DNA of 64,000 nt from an uncultured Verrucomicrobiae bacterium (GTDB taxonomy: Bacteria; Verrucomicrobiota; Verrucomicrobiia; Limisphaerales; UBA11358). The stretch covers positions 2,396 through 66,395 of the forward strand of contig CAWACS010000025.1 of assembly GCA_963780535.1 (NCBI GenBank), in the 5' to 3' direction. A program made the position numbers and the translations under genes. Under the pieces are notes generated by a model. The model ran no database searches and had not been told where the DNA came from. It saw only the letters and a list, made by a program, of their open reading frames with translations. Each line of letters begins with the position of its first letter. Within the stretch, counting starts at the first letter, position 1. Below are positions 16,317-26,538 of this stretch, piece after piece.

Positions 16317-17900
16317 GTGTCTAATTTAATCGCCATTGTCGGCCGCCCCAACGTCGGCAAGTCCGCCCTGTTCAACCGCATCGTCGGACGGCGCATCGCC
16401 ATCGTGCACGATCAGCCCGGCGTCACGCGCGACCGTATCAGCGCCGAGGCCGAATGGCAGGGACACGCCTTCACGCTCGTGGACACCGGCGGCATCGGTC
16501 TGTCGCGTGGCGAAAAAGCCAACGACGCCATCACCAAGGCCGCGCTGGAACAGGTGGCACTGGCCATTGAATCGGCGAACGCCATCCTCCTGGTCGTCAA
16601 CGTGCAGGAAGGCGTGGTGCCGCTCGATCGCGAGGTGGCCGAACGGCTGCGTCGCAGCGGAAAACCCATTCTGGTGGCCGCCAACAAGGTGGATACGAGC
16701 CGCGCGGAAAAGGACGCCGACGAATTTGCCGGGCTGGGTTTCGAGAAAATCTTCCCCGTCAGCGCCATTCACGGCGAGGGCATCCATGAACTGATGGAAG
16801 CGGCGATCGCCCACCTGCCCCCGTCGAGAGTCGAGAGTCGAGAGTCGAGAGCAGGTGTGCCCGATGATGGAGCACAGGCTCTCGACCCTCGACCCTCGGC
16901 CATCGGCCCTTTGAAGCTTGCGATCATCGGAAGGCCGAACGTCGGCAAGTCGTCCATTATCAATGCCTTGACACAATCGGAACGCGTCATCGTCTCGCCG
17001 ATTCCCGGCACGACGCGCGATGCGATTGACGTGCCGTTCGAGGTCGAAACGGACGGTGTGCGGCAAACGTATGTGTTGATTGACACGGCCGGCATGAGAA
17101 AGGCGCGGCGCGTGGACAATTCAATTGAATTTTTCAGCGTCCAGCGCGCGGAAGATTCCATTGCGCGTTGCGACATCGCCATCCTGGTTTTGGACGCGGA
17201 CATGGGCATCACCGAACAGGACAAAAAAATTGCCGATGTCATCGTGGAAAACCGCAAGGCCTGCATCATCGCGGTCAATAAATGGGATTTGTTCGAGCAA
17301 AATGTCCGTCAGGCCCGCGAACAGGAAATTGTCCGGCGCAACCAGAAAGAACGGCGGGAAGGACAGGAAAAGGAAATGTCCACGCTCGGCGAATTCGGCG
17401 CCTGGGTGCAGAAAAAGTTGTTCTTTCTCGACTATGCGCCCGTGATTTTCACCTCGGCCAAATCCGGTTTTCACCTCGAACGCCTGCTCGAAGCCATCCG
17501 CTACGTGAGCGCGCAGTTGCAACAAAAGATTCCGACGGCCATCCTGAACCGCACCTTGCGCGACGCCGTCGAGCGCCGTCAGCCGGTCAGTGTGATGGGA
17601 CATCGTTTGAAATTTTTCTATGCCACGCAGGTCCGGCAGGCGCCGCCGACGTTTCTGCTGTTTGTGAACCGCGACGAACTGTTGTCCGATCAATACAAAA
17701 AATATCTGACCAGCCAGATGCGGCGCGCCTTCGGCTACGAGGGTTGTCCCATCGTATTGGCGCCCAAAGCACGGCCCAAAACCATCGAGCCGGTGCGGAA
17801 ATTCAAGCCGGGACACAATCAATCAACGGAAAAGATTGACACCCACCGGAAGGCGCGGCACGAAAGATATTCCCGCGCCCGCGGGAATAAGTCGCGCTGA
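16317..17900 (+). CDS. der: ribosome biogenesis GTPase Der (EngA)
   Basis: Two GTPase domains, each with GRPNVGKS (IAIVGRPNVGKSALFNR and LAIIGRPNVGKSSIINA) and DTGG/DTAG, plus a KH-like C-terminus. Probable GTG start. Confidence 0.9.
   Translation: MSNLIAIVGRPNVGKSALFNRIVGRRIAIVHDQPGVTRDRISAEAEWQGHAFTLVDTGGIGLSRGEKANDAITKAALEQVALAIESANAILLVVNVQEGVVPLDREVAERLRRSGKPILVAANKVDTSRAEKDADEFAGLGFEKIFPVSAIHGEGIHELMEAAIAHLPPSRVESRESRAGVPDDGAQALDPRPSAIGPLKLAIIGRPNVGKSSIINALTQSERVIVSPIPGTTRDAIDVPFEVETDGVRQTYVLIDTAGMRKARRVDNSIEFFSVQRAEDSIARCDIAILVLDADMGITEQDKKIADVIVENRKACIIAVNKWDLFEQNVRQAREQEIVRRNQKERREGQEKEMSTLGEFGAWVQKKLFFLDYAPVIFTSAKSGFHLERLLEAIRYVSAQLQQKIPTAILNRTLRDAVERRQPVSVMGHRLKFFYATQVRQAPPTFLLFVNRDELLSDQYKKYLTSQMRRAFGYEGCPIVLAPKARPKTIEPVRKFKPGHNQSTEKIDTHRKARHERYSRARGNKSR
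16823..16899. repeat. heptamer-stem hairpin inside der (inter-domain linker)
   Basis: (TCGAGAG)x4 at 16824-16851, a 29-nt loop, then (CTCGACC)x2.7 at 16881-16899. The arms are complementary except for one position per unit. Translated as SRVESRESRAGVPDDGAQALDPRPS. Confidence 0.75.
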
Positions 17901-17957
17901 TTAAATTTCCGGGGCTGTGGCTTGACAACCATGGCGTCAAGGGTGGAATTTATCGTT

Positions 17958-20180
17958 ATGAGGTTGGTAATCGTTTCAAACCGGTTGCCTTTCACAGTGT
18001 CGTTCCAAGAAGGATCGCCGCAATTCAAGCCCAGTGCCGGAGGGTTGACCACCGGATTGTGGAGCTACCTGGAACGCAAGGCACTGGATGGCACGGAGCG
18101 CCCGGATTTCCTCTGGATGGGCTGGCCCGGCGCCAGTGTTCCGCCGGAACATGAGACGGCGGTGAGGACCCATGCCGGACAGTTCAAGTCCAGACCGGTT
18201 TATCTGCCGGAAGAAAGCATGGATCGGTTTTATCTTGGCTTCTGCAACAAGACCATCTGGCCGCTGTTCCATTATTTCCCGGTGCTGACGCATTATGAGG
18301 AGGAGAACTGGCAGGAATACCGCAACGTGAACCGCGCTTTTGCCGAGGCGGTGGTGAATGCGTTGCAGCCGGATGATGTTCTTTGGATTCACGATTATCA
18401 CCTGATGCTGCTGCCAAAACTGGTGCGTGACAAATTTCCAGAAATGCCCATCGGCTTCTTCCTGCACATCCCGTTTCCCTCGTGGGAGGTTTTCCGGATG
18501 CTGCCGCGGCCATGGCGCGAGGAGATCATTGAGGGTCTGCTCGGCTCCAGCCTGATTGGTTTTCACACGCACGACTACGTGCGGGATTTTCTGACCTCGG
18601 TGTTGCGCACCGCCGGCTATGAACACCAGCTCGGCAACCTGACGCTGCGCGACCGCGTGGTGGAGGTGGACACGTTTCCGATGGGCGTGGAGTTTGACCG
18701 CTTTGCGGAAGCCGCGAAATCAGGGGCGGCCGAAACCCGCGTGGCGGAATTGCGGATGAAGTGCATGGGGCAGAAGGTCATTTTTTCCGTGGACCGGCTG
18801 GATTACACCAAGGGCCTCATCAACCGGCTGCGCGGTTACGAAACGTTTCTAAAAAATAATCCGCAATGGCACGGCAAGGTGGTGTTCATCATTTCCGTCG
18901 CGCCGTCCCGGATCGGCGTGGACAGCTATCAGGCGATGAAGTTGGAATTGGAGCAGACGGTTGGCCGTATCATCGGCGATTTTGGCAACGTGCACTGGAC
19001 CCCGCTGGTCTATCAGTTCCGCCATTTGACGTTCGATGAAATCGTGCCGCTCCACCGTTTGTGCGACGTGGCCTTGATCACGCCGTTGCGCGACGGCATG
19101 AATCTGGTGGCCAAGGAATTCATCGCGTCGCGCCCCGACCAGACGGGCGTCTTGATCCTGAGTGAAATGGCCGGCGCGGCAAAAGAAATGGGCGAGGCGC
19201 TCATCATCAATCCATTTCACCGGGAAGATTTTGCGAAGGCGCTGGAACAGGCGCTGACCATGCCGGTCGAGGAACAAATCCGGCGCAACCAGTTGTTGCA
19301 GGAGCGGCTGCGCCGTTACAACGTCACCCGATGGGCGGATGATTTCGTGCAGGCCCTGCTATCCACGCAGAAAACCGAAGCCGCCCGGCGCGTCCGCTCA
19401 TTGACCGGCAAGGCCCAGACTGCGCTGATCCAGCAATACCGTTCGGCGGCGCGCCGCGCCCTGTTGCTGGATTACGACGGCACGCTGGTGCCGTTTGCCG
19501 AGGAACCGAAGCTTGCCCAGCCGGATGCGGAACTTTTGGAGCTGCTCAACCTGGTGGCGGCAGACCCCGCCAACGCAGTGTGCATCGTCAGCGGACGCCC
19601 GCGCCACACGCTGGAGAAATGGTTCGGCAAGCTCCCCATTTCACTCATCGCCGAGCACGGCGTCTGGCTGCGCGACCAGGGCGAAGACTGGCGGATGTTG
19701 AAGTCCATGACCTCCGACTGGAAGGAGCGCGTGCGGCCGATTCTTCAGCTTTACGTTGACCGTTTGCCCGGCGCGCTGCTGGAGGAAAAGGAATTTTCGC
19801 TCGCGTGGCACCACCGGCGCGCCGACCCGGAACAGGCTTCGCTTCGCGCAAAGGAACTGCTCGACGACCTTGCCGGCTACACGCGCAACATTGACGTGCA
19901 GGTCTTTGAAGGCAACAAGGTCATTGAGATTCGCAACGCCGGAGTCAACAAGGGTTCGGCGGGAATGGAATGGCTGTCCAGCCGGCCGCCGGATTTCATT
20001 CTTTGTATCGGCGACGACTGGACGGACGAGGATTTGTTTCGCGCGCTGCCGCCCAGCGCCTGCTCCGTGCGCGTTGGCGTCGCCACGACGGCGGCGCGCT
20101 TTTTTCTTGTCACCACCGCCGCCGTGCGGCGAATGCTGCGGGAGTTATCCAGCCCACAGCCGTCCCCAGAGCCGGCATGA
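17958..20180 (+). CDS. otsAB: bifunctional trehalose-6-phosphate synthase / trehalose-phosphatase
   Basis: N-terminal GT20 domain ([24 protein letters not shown]). C-terminal HAD phosphatase ([24 protein letters not shown]). An ATG at 17922 is an alternative start. Confidence 0.85.
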   Translation: MRLVIVSNRLPFTVSFQEGSPQFKPSAGGLTTGLWSYLERKALDGTERPDFLWMGWPGASVPPEHETAVRTHAGQFKSRPVYLPEESMDRFYLGFCNKTIWPLFHYFPVLTHYEEENWQEYRNVNRAFAEAVVNALQPDDVLWIHDYHLMLLPKLVRDKFPEMPIGFFLHIPFPSWEVFRMLPRPWREEIIEGLLGSSLIGFHTHDYVRDFLTSVLRTAGYEHQLGNLTLRDRVVEVDTFPMGVEFDRFAEAAKSGAAETRVAELRMKCMGQKVIFSVDRLDYTKGLINRLRGYETFLKNNPQWHGKVVFIISVAPSRIGVDSYQAMKLELEQTVGRIIGDFGNVHWTPLVYQFRHLTFDEIVPLHRLCDVALITPLRDGMNLVAKEFIASRPDQTGVLILSEMAGAAKEMGEALIINPFHREDFAKALEQALTMPVEEQIRRNQLLQERLRRYNVTRWADDFVQALLSTQKTEAARRVRSLTGKAQTALIQQYRSAARRALLLDYDGTLVPFAEEPKLAQPDAELLELLNLVAADPANAVCIVSGRPRHTLEKWFGKLPISLIAEHGVWLRDQGEDWRMLKSMTSDWKERVRPILQLYVDRLPGALLEEKEFSLAWHHRRADPEQASLRAKELLDDLAGYTRNIDVQVFEGNKVIEIRNAGVNKGSAGMEWLSSRPPDFILCIGDDWTDEDLFRALPPSACSVRVGVATTAARFFLVTTAAVRRMLRELSSPQPSPEPA

Positions 20181-20183
20181 AAC

Positions 20184-22202
20184 ATGAAGCCGGCATTCCA
20201 AATTCTTCGCGGCGCATCCGCCGCCTGCCTTTTGGCGGCCGTTGCGGCGTTTTCCCAAACCGTGCCCGTCGCGGACAATTTGTGGCGGCTGGTGGCGCAG
20301 GAAGACACCGATGGCGACCAGAAAATCACCATTCACGACCACACCACGCCGTTTGTCATCCGCGACCAGAACGGCGCGGCGGCGCGCACACTCACCAATT
20401 TTTACCAAAAGTCCGTGCTGTTGCAGGAACTCAAGCGCGCGGACGACCAACATGAAAAGGAGACGACCATGGACAATCTGCAACTCGACGAATCCGCCGT
20501 GGATCGCACGCACCGGTTCATCAAAGATTACTTTTGGGCCGCGCTGACACGGCGCATTGACGCGCCGCATCTGGATCAGGTCGTCCGCGATCCCAAAATG
20601 GCGGCGAAATATGATTATCTTTATGTGCCCGCCGCCGACGAGGTCGCGATCAAATATTTTCAGTCAATCGGAAATTCCAGCTTCGCCAAAAACCGTTCGC
20701 CCGAACTGAAAGTCGTGCTGCTGCCGCCGCCGGACAAAATCACCGGCGAATTCGTCCGCAACCTTGACGGCGCGCATGGGCTTTTGTCGCTCGCGCTGGA
20801 GACGAACGCGGATGGGAAAATTTCCGGCGCGCCTTACGTCGTGCCCGGCGGACGCTTCAACGAGCTTTATGGCTGGGACAGCTATTTCATCGTGCTCGGA
20901 CTCTTGCAGGATCACCGCAATGACCTGGCGCGCGGCATGGCGGACAATCTTCTCTACGAAGTGCAATACTACGGGAAAATTCCCAATGCCAACCGCACCT
21001 ATTATCTCACGCGCTCACAGCCGCCGTTCCTGACGAGCATCATCCGCGCGGTCTATGATTCGGGGACGGTGGACAAAAACTGGCTGGCCTACGCGCTGAA
21101 AATTGCGGCCAGCGAATATCAAAATGTCTGGCTCGGCAAAGACCGGCTGGTGAAAATCGGCCAATTTGAGTTGAGCCGTTACTACGACAGCGGCAACGGC
21201 CCCTGCCCGGAAGTCGAACCCGGTCATTACGACGAAAAAATCCAGCCATGGCTGGCGCAGGTCAAACCGGAAAACCCCGACGTGCCGCTGACGCCATTCC
21301 GTTTTCTAAACGAATACCTTTATGCCGGCAAATATGCCGATTTGAAGGCCGACGGCATGACGCTCGACCAATTTTTCAAGCACGACCGCGCCGTGCGCGA
21401 GTCCGGCCACGACACCACGCACCGTTTTGATGACCGCACGGAGGATTTCGTTTCCGTGGACTTGAACTCGTTGCTCTACAAATACGAGGTGGATTTTGCC
21501 GAACTGCTGGAAAATGAATTCGGCGGCAAGCTGTTGAGCCTCGGCAAGGATTACGGCGACGCGGCCTTCTGGCGGCAACGCGCCGCCGCCCGCAAGAAGG
21601 CGATGCTGGCGTTGCTATGGGACGAACAGCGTGGTTATTTTTTTGATTACGATTTCGCCAACCACCGGCGCTCCACTTACATCAGCGCCACCGGCCTGTG
21701 GCCGCTTTGGGCAAAAATGCCCGACGCGAACAATCCGAAAGAAATGGAAGATGTCCGGCGGACGGCCGCTTTCGCCCGCGAAAAACTGGAGCAGCCTGCC
21801 GGCCTCGCGGCCACGGCCAGGGAATCGGTCGCCTCCGCGCGCCATCACGATGCGCGGCAATGGGATTATCCCTACGGCTGGGCGCCACATCAGATGCTCG
21901 CATGGCGGGGATTGAAAAATTACGGCCTCGATGCCGACGCCGGGCGGCTGGCCTACCGCTGGCTTTACACCATCGCGAAAAATGCGCACGACTACAACGG
22001 CGTGATTCCTGAAAAATACAACGTCGTCACCGGCTCGCATGACGTGTTTGTCGAATATGGCAACGTCGGGACGAAATTTGCCTACATTGCCACGGAGGGC
22101 TTCGGCTGGATGAATGCGTCCTTCGAGGTGGGAATGAATTATCTGACACCATCGCAGTTGGTGGACTTGCACGTGCTAAAACCGCCCCTGCGGAATGATT
22201 GA
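20184..22202 (+). CDS. treA: secreted alpha,alpha-trehalase (GH37)
   Basis: Signal peptide. Trehalase signatures PGGRFNELYGWDSYF and QWDYPYGWAPHQ. N-terminal EDTDGDQKITIHD resembles the Ca-binding motif of neutral trehalases. Confidence 0.85.
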   Translation: MKPAFQILRGASAACLLAAVAAFSQTVPVADNLWRLVAQEDTDGDQKITIHDHTTPFVIRDQNGAAARTLTNFYQKSVLLQELKRADDQHEKETTMDNLQLDESAVDRTHRFIKDYFWAALTRRIDAPHLDQVVRDPKMAAKYDYLYVPAADEVAIKYFQSIGNSSFAKNRSPELKVVLLPPPDKITGEFVRNLDGAHGLLSLALETNADGKISGAPYVVPGGRFNELYGWDSYFIVLGLLQDHRNDLARGMADNLLYEVQYYGKIPNANRTYYLTRSQPPFLTSIIRAVYDSGTVDKNWLAYALKIAASEYQNVWLGKDRLVKIGQFELSRYYDSGNGPCPEVEPGHYDEKIQPWLAQVKPENPDVPLTPFRFLNEYLYAGKYADLKADGMTLDQFFKHDRAVRESGHDTTHRFDDRTEDFVSVDLNSLLYKYEVDFAELLENEFGGKLLSLGKDYGDAAFWRQRAAARKKAMLALLWDEQRGYFFDYDFANHRRSTYISATGLWPLWAKMPDANNPKEMEDVRRTAAFAREKLEQPAGLAATARESVASARHHDARQWDYPYGWAPHQMLAWRGLKNYGLDADAGRLAYRWLYTIAKNAHDYNGVIPEKYNVVTGSHDVFVEYGNVGTKFAYIATEGFGWMNASFEVGMNYLTPSQLVDLHVLKPPLRND

Positions 22203-22363
22203 GTCCCAACGGCACAAAGCGCGTCGGGATTATCCCCAAAATTCACAAATTTCTTGTTCACAGGGGCGAATAAGTTGCGGTTTAGGCAATGGAGATGCGG
22301 GATTTTCCCGGTTTTGCGCGGGGAATATCGTTCGTGTAACTTTTTTGAAAATTTTCCTTGTCA

Positions 22364-22411
22364 CCACAATAGGTAGGGTATAAGGTCGCACTGTTGCCCA
22401 CTAAATGGGGT
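22364..22411 (+). promoter_or_regulatory. possible tandem NrdR boxes upstream of nrdJ
   Basis: CCACAATAGGTAGGGT (12/16 to the acaCwAtATaTwGtgt consensus as I recall it) and GCCCACTAAATGGGGT (10/16). The centres are 32 bp apart, the usual tandem spacing. A weak match. Confidence 0.3.
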
Positions 22412-22647
22412 TTTGTCGGAAGTGAGCAGGTTGGCAAAACCTCACAAAGCAGGCTGGAAAGTTGATTTTCCCGACCGTTCTTCTGTTCTGAGGCGGTCGG
22501 GTGATTTGTCTGAAAGCGAAATTTCAACCATCTTGAAAAAGGAAAACCATGATTGACGCACGGGAAGAGGTTATGGCACCAGCATCGCATAAAAGCCGAC
22601 GCCGCACCGCACCGCTGGCCGCGGTGCGTAATGTTAAAAATAAAGGC

Positions 22648-25600
22648 ATGAGCACGGCGAAAAAAACATTGCGCGTCGAGCGTATTTTCAGCGATGCGAA
22701 GGTCAAGCCGTTCGACCAGGTCGAATGGGACCGCCGCACCGCGGAAATCACCGATGACGCCGGCAAGGTGATTTTCAAGCAGGAAAACGTCGAGGTGCCG
22801 AAGACCTGGTCGCTGCTGGCGACCAAGGTCGTCGTCTCCAAATATTTTTATGGCGAGCAACACACTTCCGAGCGTGAAACTTCGGTGCGGCAACTCATCC
22901 ATCGCATCTCCCGGACCATTGCGGACTGGGGCGTGAAGGACGGTTATTTCAGCAAGGCCGACGGGGAGGTTTTCTACGACGAGTTGACCTGGCTTTGCCT
23001 GAACCAGTACGGCGCGTTCAATTCGCCGGTGTGGTTCAACGTCGGATTGTATCATCAATACGGCGTGGGCAAAAATTCCGGCAAGGGCAACTGGTTTTAC
23101 AACCGCAAGACGCAACAGGCGGAACGCGCGACGACCCAGTACGAATATCCGCAAGGCAGCGCCTGCTTCATTCAATCGGTCGAGGACAACATGGAAGACA
23201 TCATGCGCCTCGCCCACAGCGAAGCCATGCTCTTCAAGTACGGTTCCGGCACCGGCACGGACCTTTCCCCGCTCCGTTCCGCCCGCGAAAAGCTCAGCGG
23301 CGGCGGCCGGCCCAGCGGCCCGATGAGTTTTCTGAAGGTTTACGACCAGGTTGCCAACGTCGTGAAATCCGGCGGCAAAACCCGGCGCGCCGCCAAGATG
23401 AACACCTTGCGCGACTGGCACGGCGACATCGAGGAATTCATTGACGCCAAGCAAAAAGAGGAAAAGAAGGCCTGGGCGCTCATCGAACAGGGCTACGACG
23501 GCTCCTACAACGGCGACGCCTACGGCAGCGTGATGTACCAGAACGAGAACCTGTCCGTGCGCGCCAGTGATGAATTCATGCACGCCGCGCTCGCAGGCAA
23601 GGAATGGCAGACGCGCGCCGTCACCACCGCCAAGCCGCTGGAAAAAAAGGATGCCGCCAAACTGCTGTACAAAATCGCCGAAGGCACCTGGATTTGCGGT
23701 GACCCTGGCATGCAATACGATGGCGCGATCCAGAATTGGCACACCTGCAAGGGCACCGAGCCGATCCATTCCACCAATCCGTGCAGCGAATACGTCTTCC
23801 TCAACAACACCGCCTGCAATCTGGCATCGCTCAATTTGATGAAGTTCAAGCGGGAAGACGGCACCTTTGACGTCGAACGGTTCAAAGCCGCCGTGCGCAT
23901 CTACATCACCGCGCAGGAAATCATCGTGGACAATGCGAGTTACCCGACCAAGGACATTGCCGAAAATTCACATATTTTCCGCACGCTCGGCCTGGGTTAC
24001 GCCAATCTCGGCTCGCTGTGCATGAGCTACGGCCTGCCATATGACAGCGATGAGGGCCGCGCCCTCGCCGGCGCGATCACGGCGATCATGACCGGCCATG
24101 CCTATGAGCAAAGCGCGGAGATCGCCGCGGGCATCGGTCCGTTTCCGGGCTACCGGGACGCCCGTTGCGCGCACGTTTCCAAGCCGCTCAAGCCGGACAA
24201 CATCGCATCCACGCTCGGCGTCATTCAGTTGCACCGGGACGCCGTGGAAGAGATCCATCCAAGCGAGGAATTCGGCTATCTCAAGGACGAAGCGCGCAAG
24301 ACGTGGGAAAGCGCGCTGGCCAAGGGCCGGCAGCATGGCTACCGCAACGCCCAGGTCACCGTGCTGGCGCCGACCGGCACCATCGCGTTCCTGATGGATT
24401 GCGACACGACGGGCGTTGAACCCGACATTGCGCTCGTCAAATACAAGCTCCTGGCCGGCGGCGGCATGTTAAAGATTGTCAACCGCGGAGTGCCGGATGC
24501 GCTGCGCCGGCTTGGCTATGGTGAGGTGGAAAACAAGCACATCATCGCCCACATCGAAAAATTCGACACGATTGAAGATGTTGAAGAGAATGGCAAAGCG
24601 GTGCGCAGCGGGTTAAAGCCGGAGCACCTGCCGGTCTTTGACTGCGCGTTCAAACCCTTCAAGGGCAAACGCAGCATTCATTATCTGGCGCACCTGAAGA
24701 TGATGGCCGCCGCGCAGCCGTTCATCAGCGGCGCCATCTCCAAGACCGTCAACATGCCGAGGGAATGCACGGTGGAGGAAATTCGCGACACCTACGTCCA
24801 GGCGTGGAAAATGGGGCTCAAATGTGTGGCCATTTATCGCGACGGCTCGAAGCGTTCGCAGCCGCTGAACACCCAAAAGACCAATGACGGCGGCGAAAAA
24901 GTCTCCCCCGAGGCCGTACCGCTGGTATCCCGCATCAAGGAACTTGAAACTGAAATGGCCGGATTGCGCGCCGAATCCGGGAAACCGCTTCGCCGCCGCC
25001 TGCCGGAAACGCGCACAGCGGTGACTCACAAATTCGACATCGCCGGCCATGAAGGTTATCTCACCGTCGGATTGTTCGGGAACCACCAGCCCGGCGAACT
25101 GTTCATCACCATGGCCAAGGAAGGCTCGACCATCGGCGGGTTGATGGATGCCATCGGCACATTGACCAGCATGGCGCTGCAATACGGTGTGCCGCTCGAA
25201 GCGCTCGTGAAGAAATTTGCCCACCAGCGGTTCGAGCCGAGCGGTTTCACCAAAAACCCGGAAATCCGCAACGCGGCCTCCATCACGGACTATGTGTTCC
25301 GCTGGATGGCGCTGCAATTCATCCCCAGTTATCGCGAAAACCTCCTGGCGGCGCGCACCCAGCCCGAACTGGCCATGCCGGGGTTGTTGGAAGAGGAAAA
25401 AAAAAAGGTAAACCGGCCGGTGCCTGAGTTGCCGATTGCGGAAGACACCGATGTCATTGAAGTCAAAACCAGCAATGGCAATGGAAACGGGAGCGGTCCC
25501 CACGCGCCCGCCGGGCGTACCGTCAAAAGTTTAAGCGATTCCGTCGCGCACTTCCAACAGGATGCGCCGACGTGTCCGAACTGCGGTCACGTGGCCGTGC

Positions 25601-25656
25601 GCAACGGCGCGTGTTACAAGTGCCTGAATTGCGGTGAAAGTCTCGGCTGCTCTTGA
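22648..25656 (+). CDS. nrdJ: adenosylcobalamin-dependent (class II) ribonucleotide reductase
   Basis: About 1000 aa. FDQVEWDRR..., TNPCSEYVFLNNTACNLASLNL active-site region, C-terminal CPNCG...CLNCG zinc ribbon. Start taken at MSTAKKTL; the ORF opens at 22549. Confidence 0.9.
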   Translation: MSTAKKTLRVERIFSDAKVKPFDQVEWDRRTAEITDDAGKVIFKQENVEVPKTWSLLATKVVVSKYFYGEQHTSERETSVRQLIHRISRTIADWGVKDGYFSKADGEVFYDELTWLCLNQYGAFNSPVWFNVGLYHQYGVGKNSGKGNWFYNRKTQQAERATTQYEYPQGSACFIQSVEDNMEDIMRLAHSEAMLFKYGSGTGTDLSPLRSAREKLSGGGRPSGPMSFLKVYDQVANVVKSGGKTRRAAKMNTLRDWHGDIEEFIDAKQKEEKKAWALIEQGYDGSYNGDAYGSVMYQNENLSVRASDEFMHAALAGKEWQTRAVTTAKPLEKKDAAKLLYKIAEGTWICGDPGMQYDGAIQNWHTCKGTEPIHSTNPCSEYVFLNNTACNLASLNLMKFKREDGTFDVERFKAAVRIYITAQEIIVDNASYPTKDIAENSHIFRTLGLGYANLGSLCMSYGLPYDSDEGRALAGAITAIMTGHAYEQSAEIAAGIGPFPGYRDARCAHVSKPLKPDNIASTLGVIQLHRDAVEEIHPSEEFGYLKDEARKTWESALAKGRQHGYRNAQVTVLAPTGTIAFLMDCDTTGVEPDIALVKYKLLAGGGMLKIVNRGVPDALRRLGYGEVENKHIIAHIEKFDTIEDVEENGKAVRSGLKPEHLPVFDCAFKPFKGKRSIHYLAHLKMMAAAQPFISGAISKTVNMPRECTVEEIRDTYVQAWKMGLKCVAIYRDGSKRSQPLNTQKTNDGGEKVSPEAVPLVSRIKELETEMAGLRAESGKPLRRRLPETRTAVTHKFDIAGHEGYLTVGLFGNHQPGELFITMAKEGSTIGGLMDAIGTLTSMALQYGVPLEALVKKFAHQRFEPSGFTKNPEIRNAASITDYVFRWMALQFIPSYRENLLAARTQPELAMPGLLEEEKKKVNRPVPELPIAEDTDVIEVKTSNGNGNGSGPHAPAGRTVKSLSDSVAHFQQDAPTCPNCGHVAVRNGACYKCLNCGESLGCS

Positions 25657-25678
25657 GGAACCGGGCGGTAGCACCCGG

Positions 25679-25712
25679 CCGGAGAATTTGCCGTTTCTCC
25701 GGCCTTTTCATT
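25679..25712 (+). terminator. terminator candidate after nrdJ
   Basis: CCGGAGAA-tttgccgt-TTCTCCGG followed by CCTTTTCATTT, read directly. Confidence 0.45.
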
Positions 25713-25738
25713 TCCCGTTACCTGATTATTCTGCACCC

Positions 25739-26419
25739 ATGAGCGAGACCACTTCCTTCATCCGCGAGGATCCCTGGCGCATCTTCCGCATCATGGCCGA
25801 GTTTGTGGATTCCTTCCAGACACTTTCACAGGTCGGCCCCGCGGTCACCATTTTCGGCTCCGCGCGGACGCGCCCGAACGACAAATATTACCGCGCGGCA
25901 GCGGCGATTGCCAAAGGCCTGGCGCAGCACAACCTCGCCGTCATCACCGGCGGCGGTCCGGGCATCATGGAAGCCGCGAACAAGGGGGCGGCCCAGGGCG
26001 GCGGCAAATCCATCGGCCTCAACATCGAGTTGCCCCACGAGCAAAGCGGCAATCGCTTCACCAATCTGCCGATGCATTTTCATTATTTCTTCGCGCGCAA
26101 GGTCTGCTTCGCCAAATACAGTCTCGGCTTCGTCTTCATGCCCGGCGGGTTCGGCACGCTCGATGAATTCTTTGAAATCGTCACACTCGTGCAGACGGAG
26201 CGCATCCCGCAATTCCCCCTCATCCTGTTCGGGCGCAACCATTGGAGCGGCCTGCTGCGCTGGTTGAAGGCGGAATTGCAGGATCGAAATAAATTCATCG
26301 GTCCCGGCGACCTCGATCTCGTCACCGTGACGGACGATCCCCGGGAAGCCGTTGATATCATCCTGGACTACGAACGCCGCGTCGGCCAGCCCGGCGTGCT
26401 GCCCAAGGCATTCGCCTGA
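25739..26419 (+). CDS. LOG/TIGR00730-family protein (short form)
   Basis: MSETTSF start. ITGGGPGIMEAANKGA and PGGFGTLDEFFEIVTLVQTER motifs. Confidence 0.8.
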   Translation: MSETTSFIREDPWRIFRIMAEFVDSFQTLSQVGPAVTIFGSARTRPNDKYYRAAAAIAKGLAQHNLAVITGGGPGIMEAANKGAAQGGGKSIGLNIELPHEQSGNRFTNLPMHFHYFFARKVCFAKYSLGFVFMPGGFGTLDEFFEIVTLVQTERIPQFPLILFGRNHWSGLLRWLKAELQDRNKFIGPGDLDLVTVTDDPREAVDIILDYERRVGQPGVLPKAFA

Positions 26420-26437
26420 CCCCTCGCGCCCGGATTT

Positions 26438-26523
26438 ATGGATGATTGGATTCATGGATTGGTGAAAGGGCGTAACCGCGCCGGCAGCCATTTATCCACT
26501 TATCCATCAATCCAATCATCCAT
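26438..26523. repeat. 21-bp inverted repeat hairpin (ATGGATGATTGGATT-type short-unit arms)
   Basis: atggatgattggattcatgga (26438-26458) against the reverse complement of 26503-26523, atggatgattggattgatgga. 20/21 identical. Confidence 0.75.
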
Positions 26524-26538
26524 TCACCCGGTCACCCG

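Noticed and set aside
22412-22647. Cobalamin riboswitch in front of the B12-dependent RNR
   Set aside because: I could not find the B12 box or the conserved GGGAA...GGTG...CC core. B12 riboswitches normally control B12-independent isozymes, not nrdJ.
22282-23769. 495-aa minus-strand ORF
   Set aside because: It is antisense to the well-supported nrdJ gene. Its Arg/Gly/Ala/Val-rich composition is typical of shadow ORFs in high-GC DNA.
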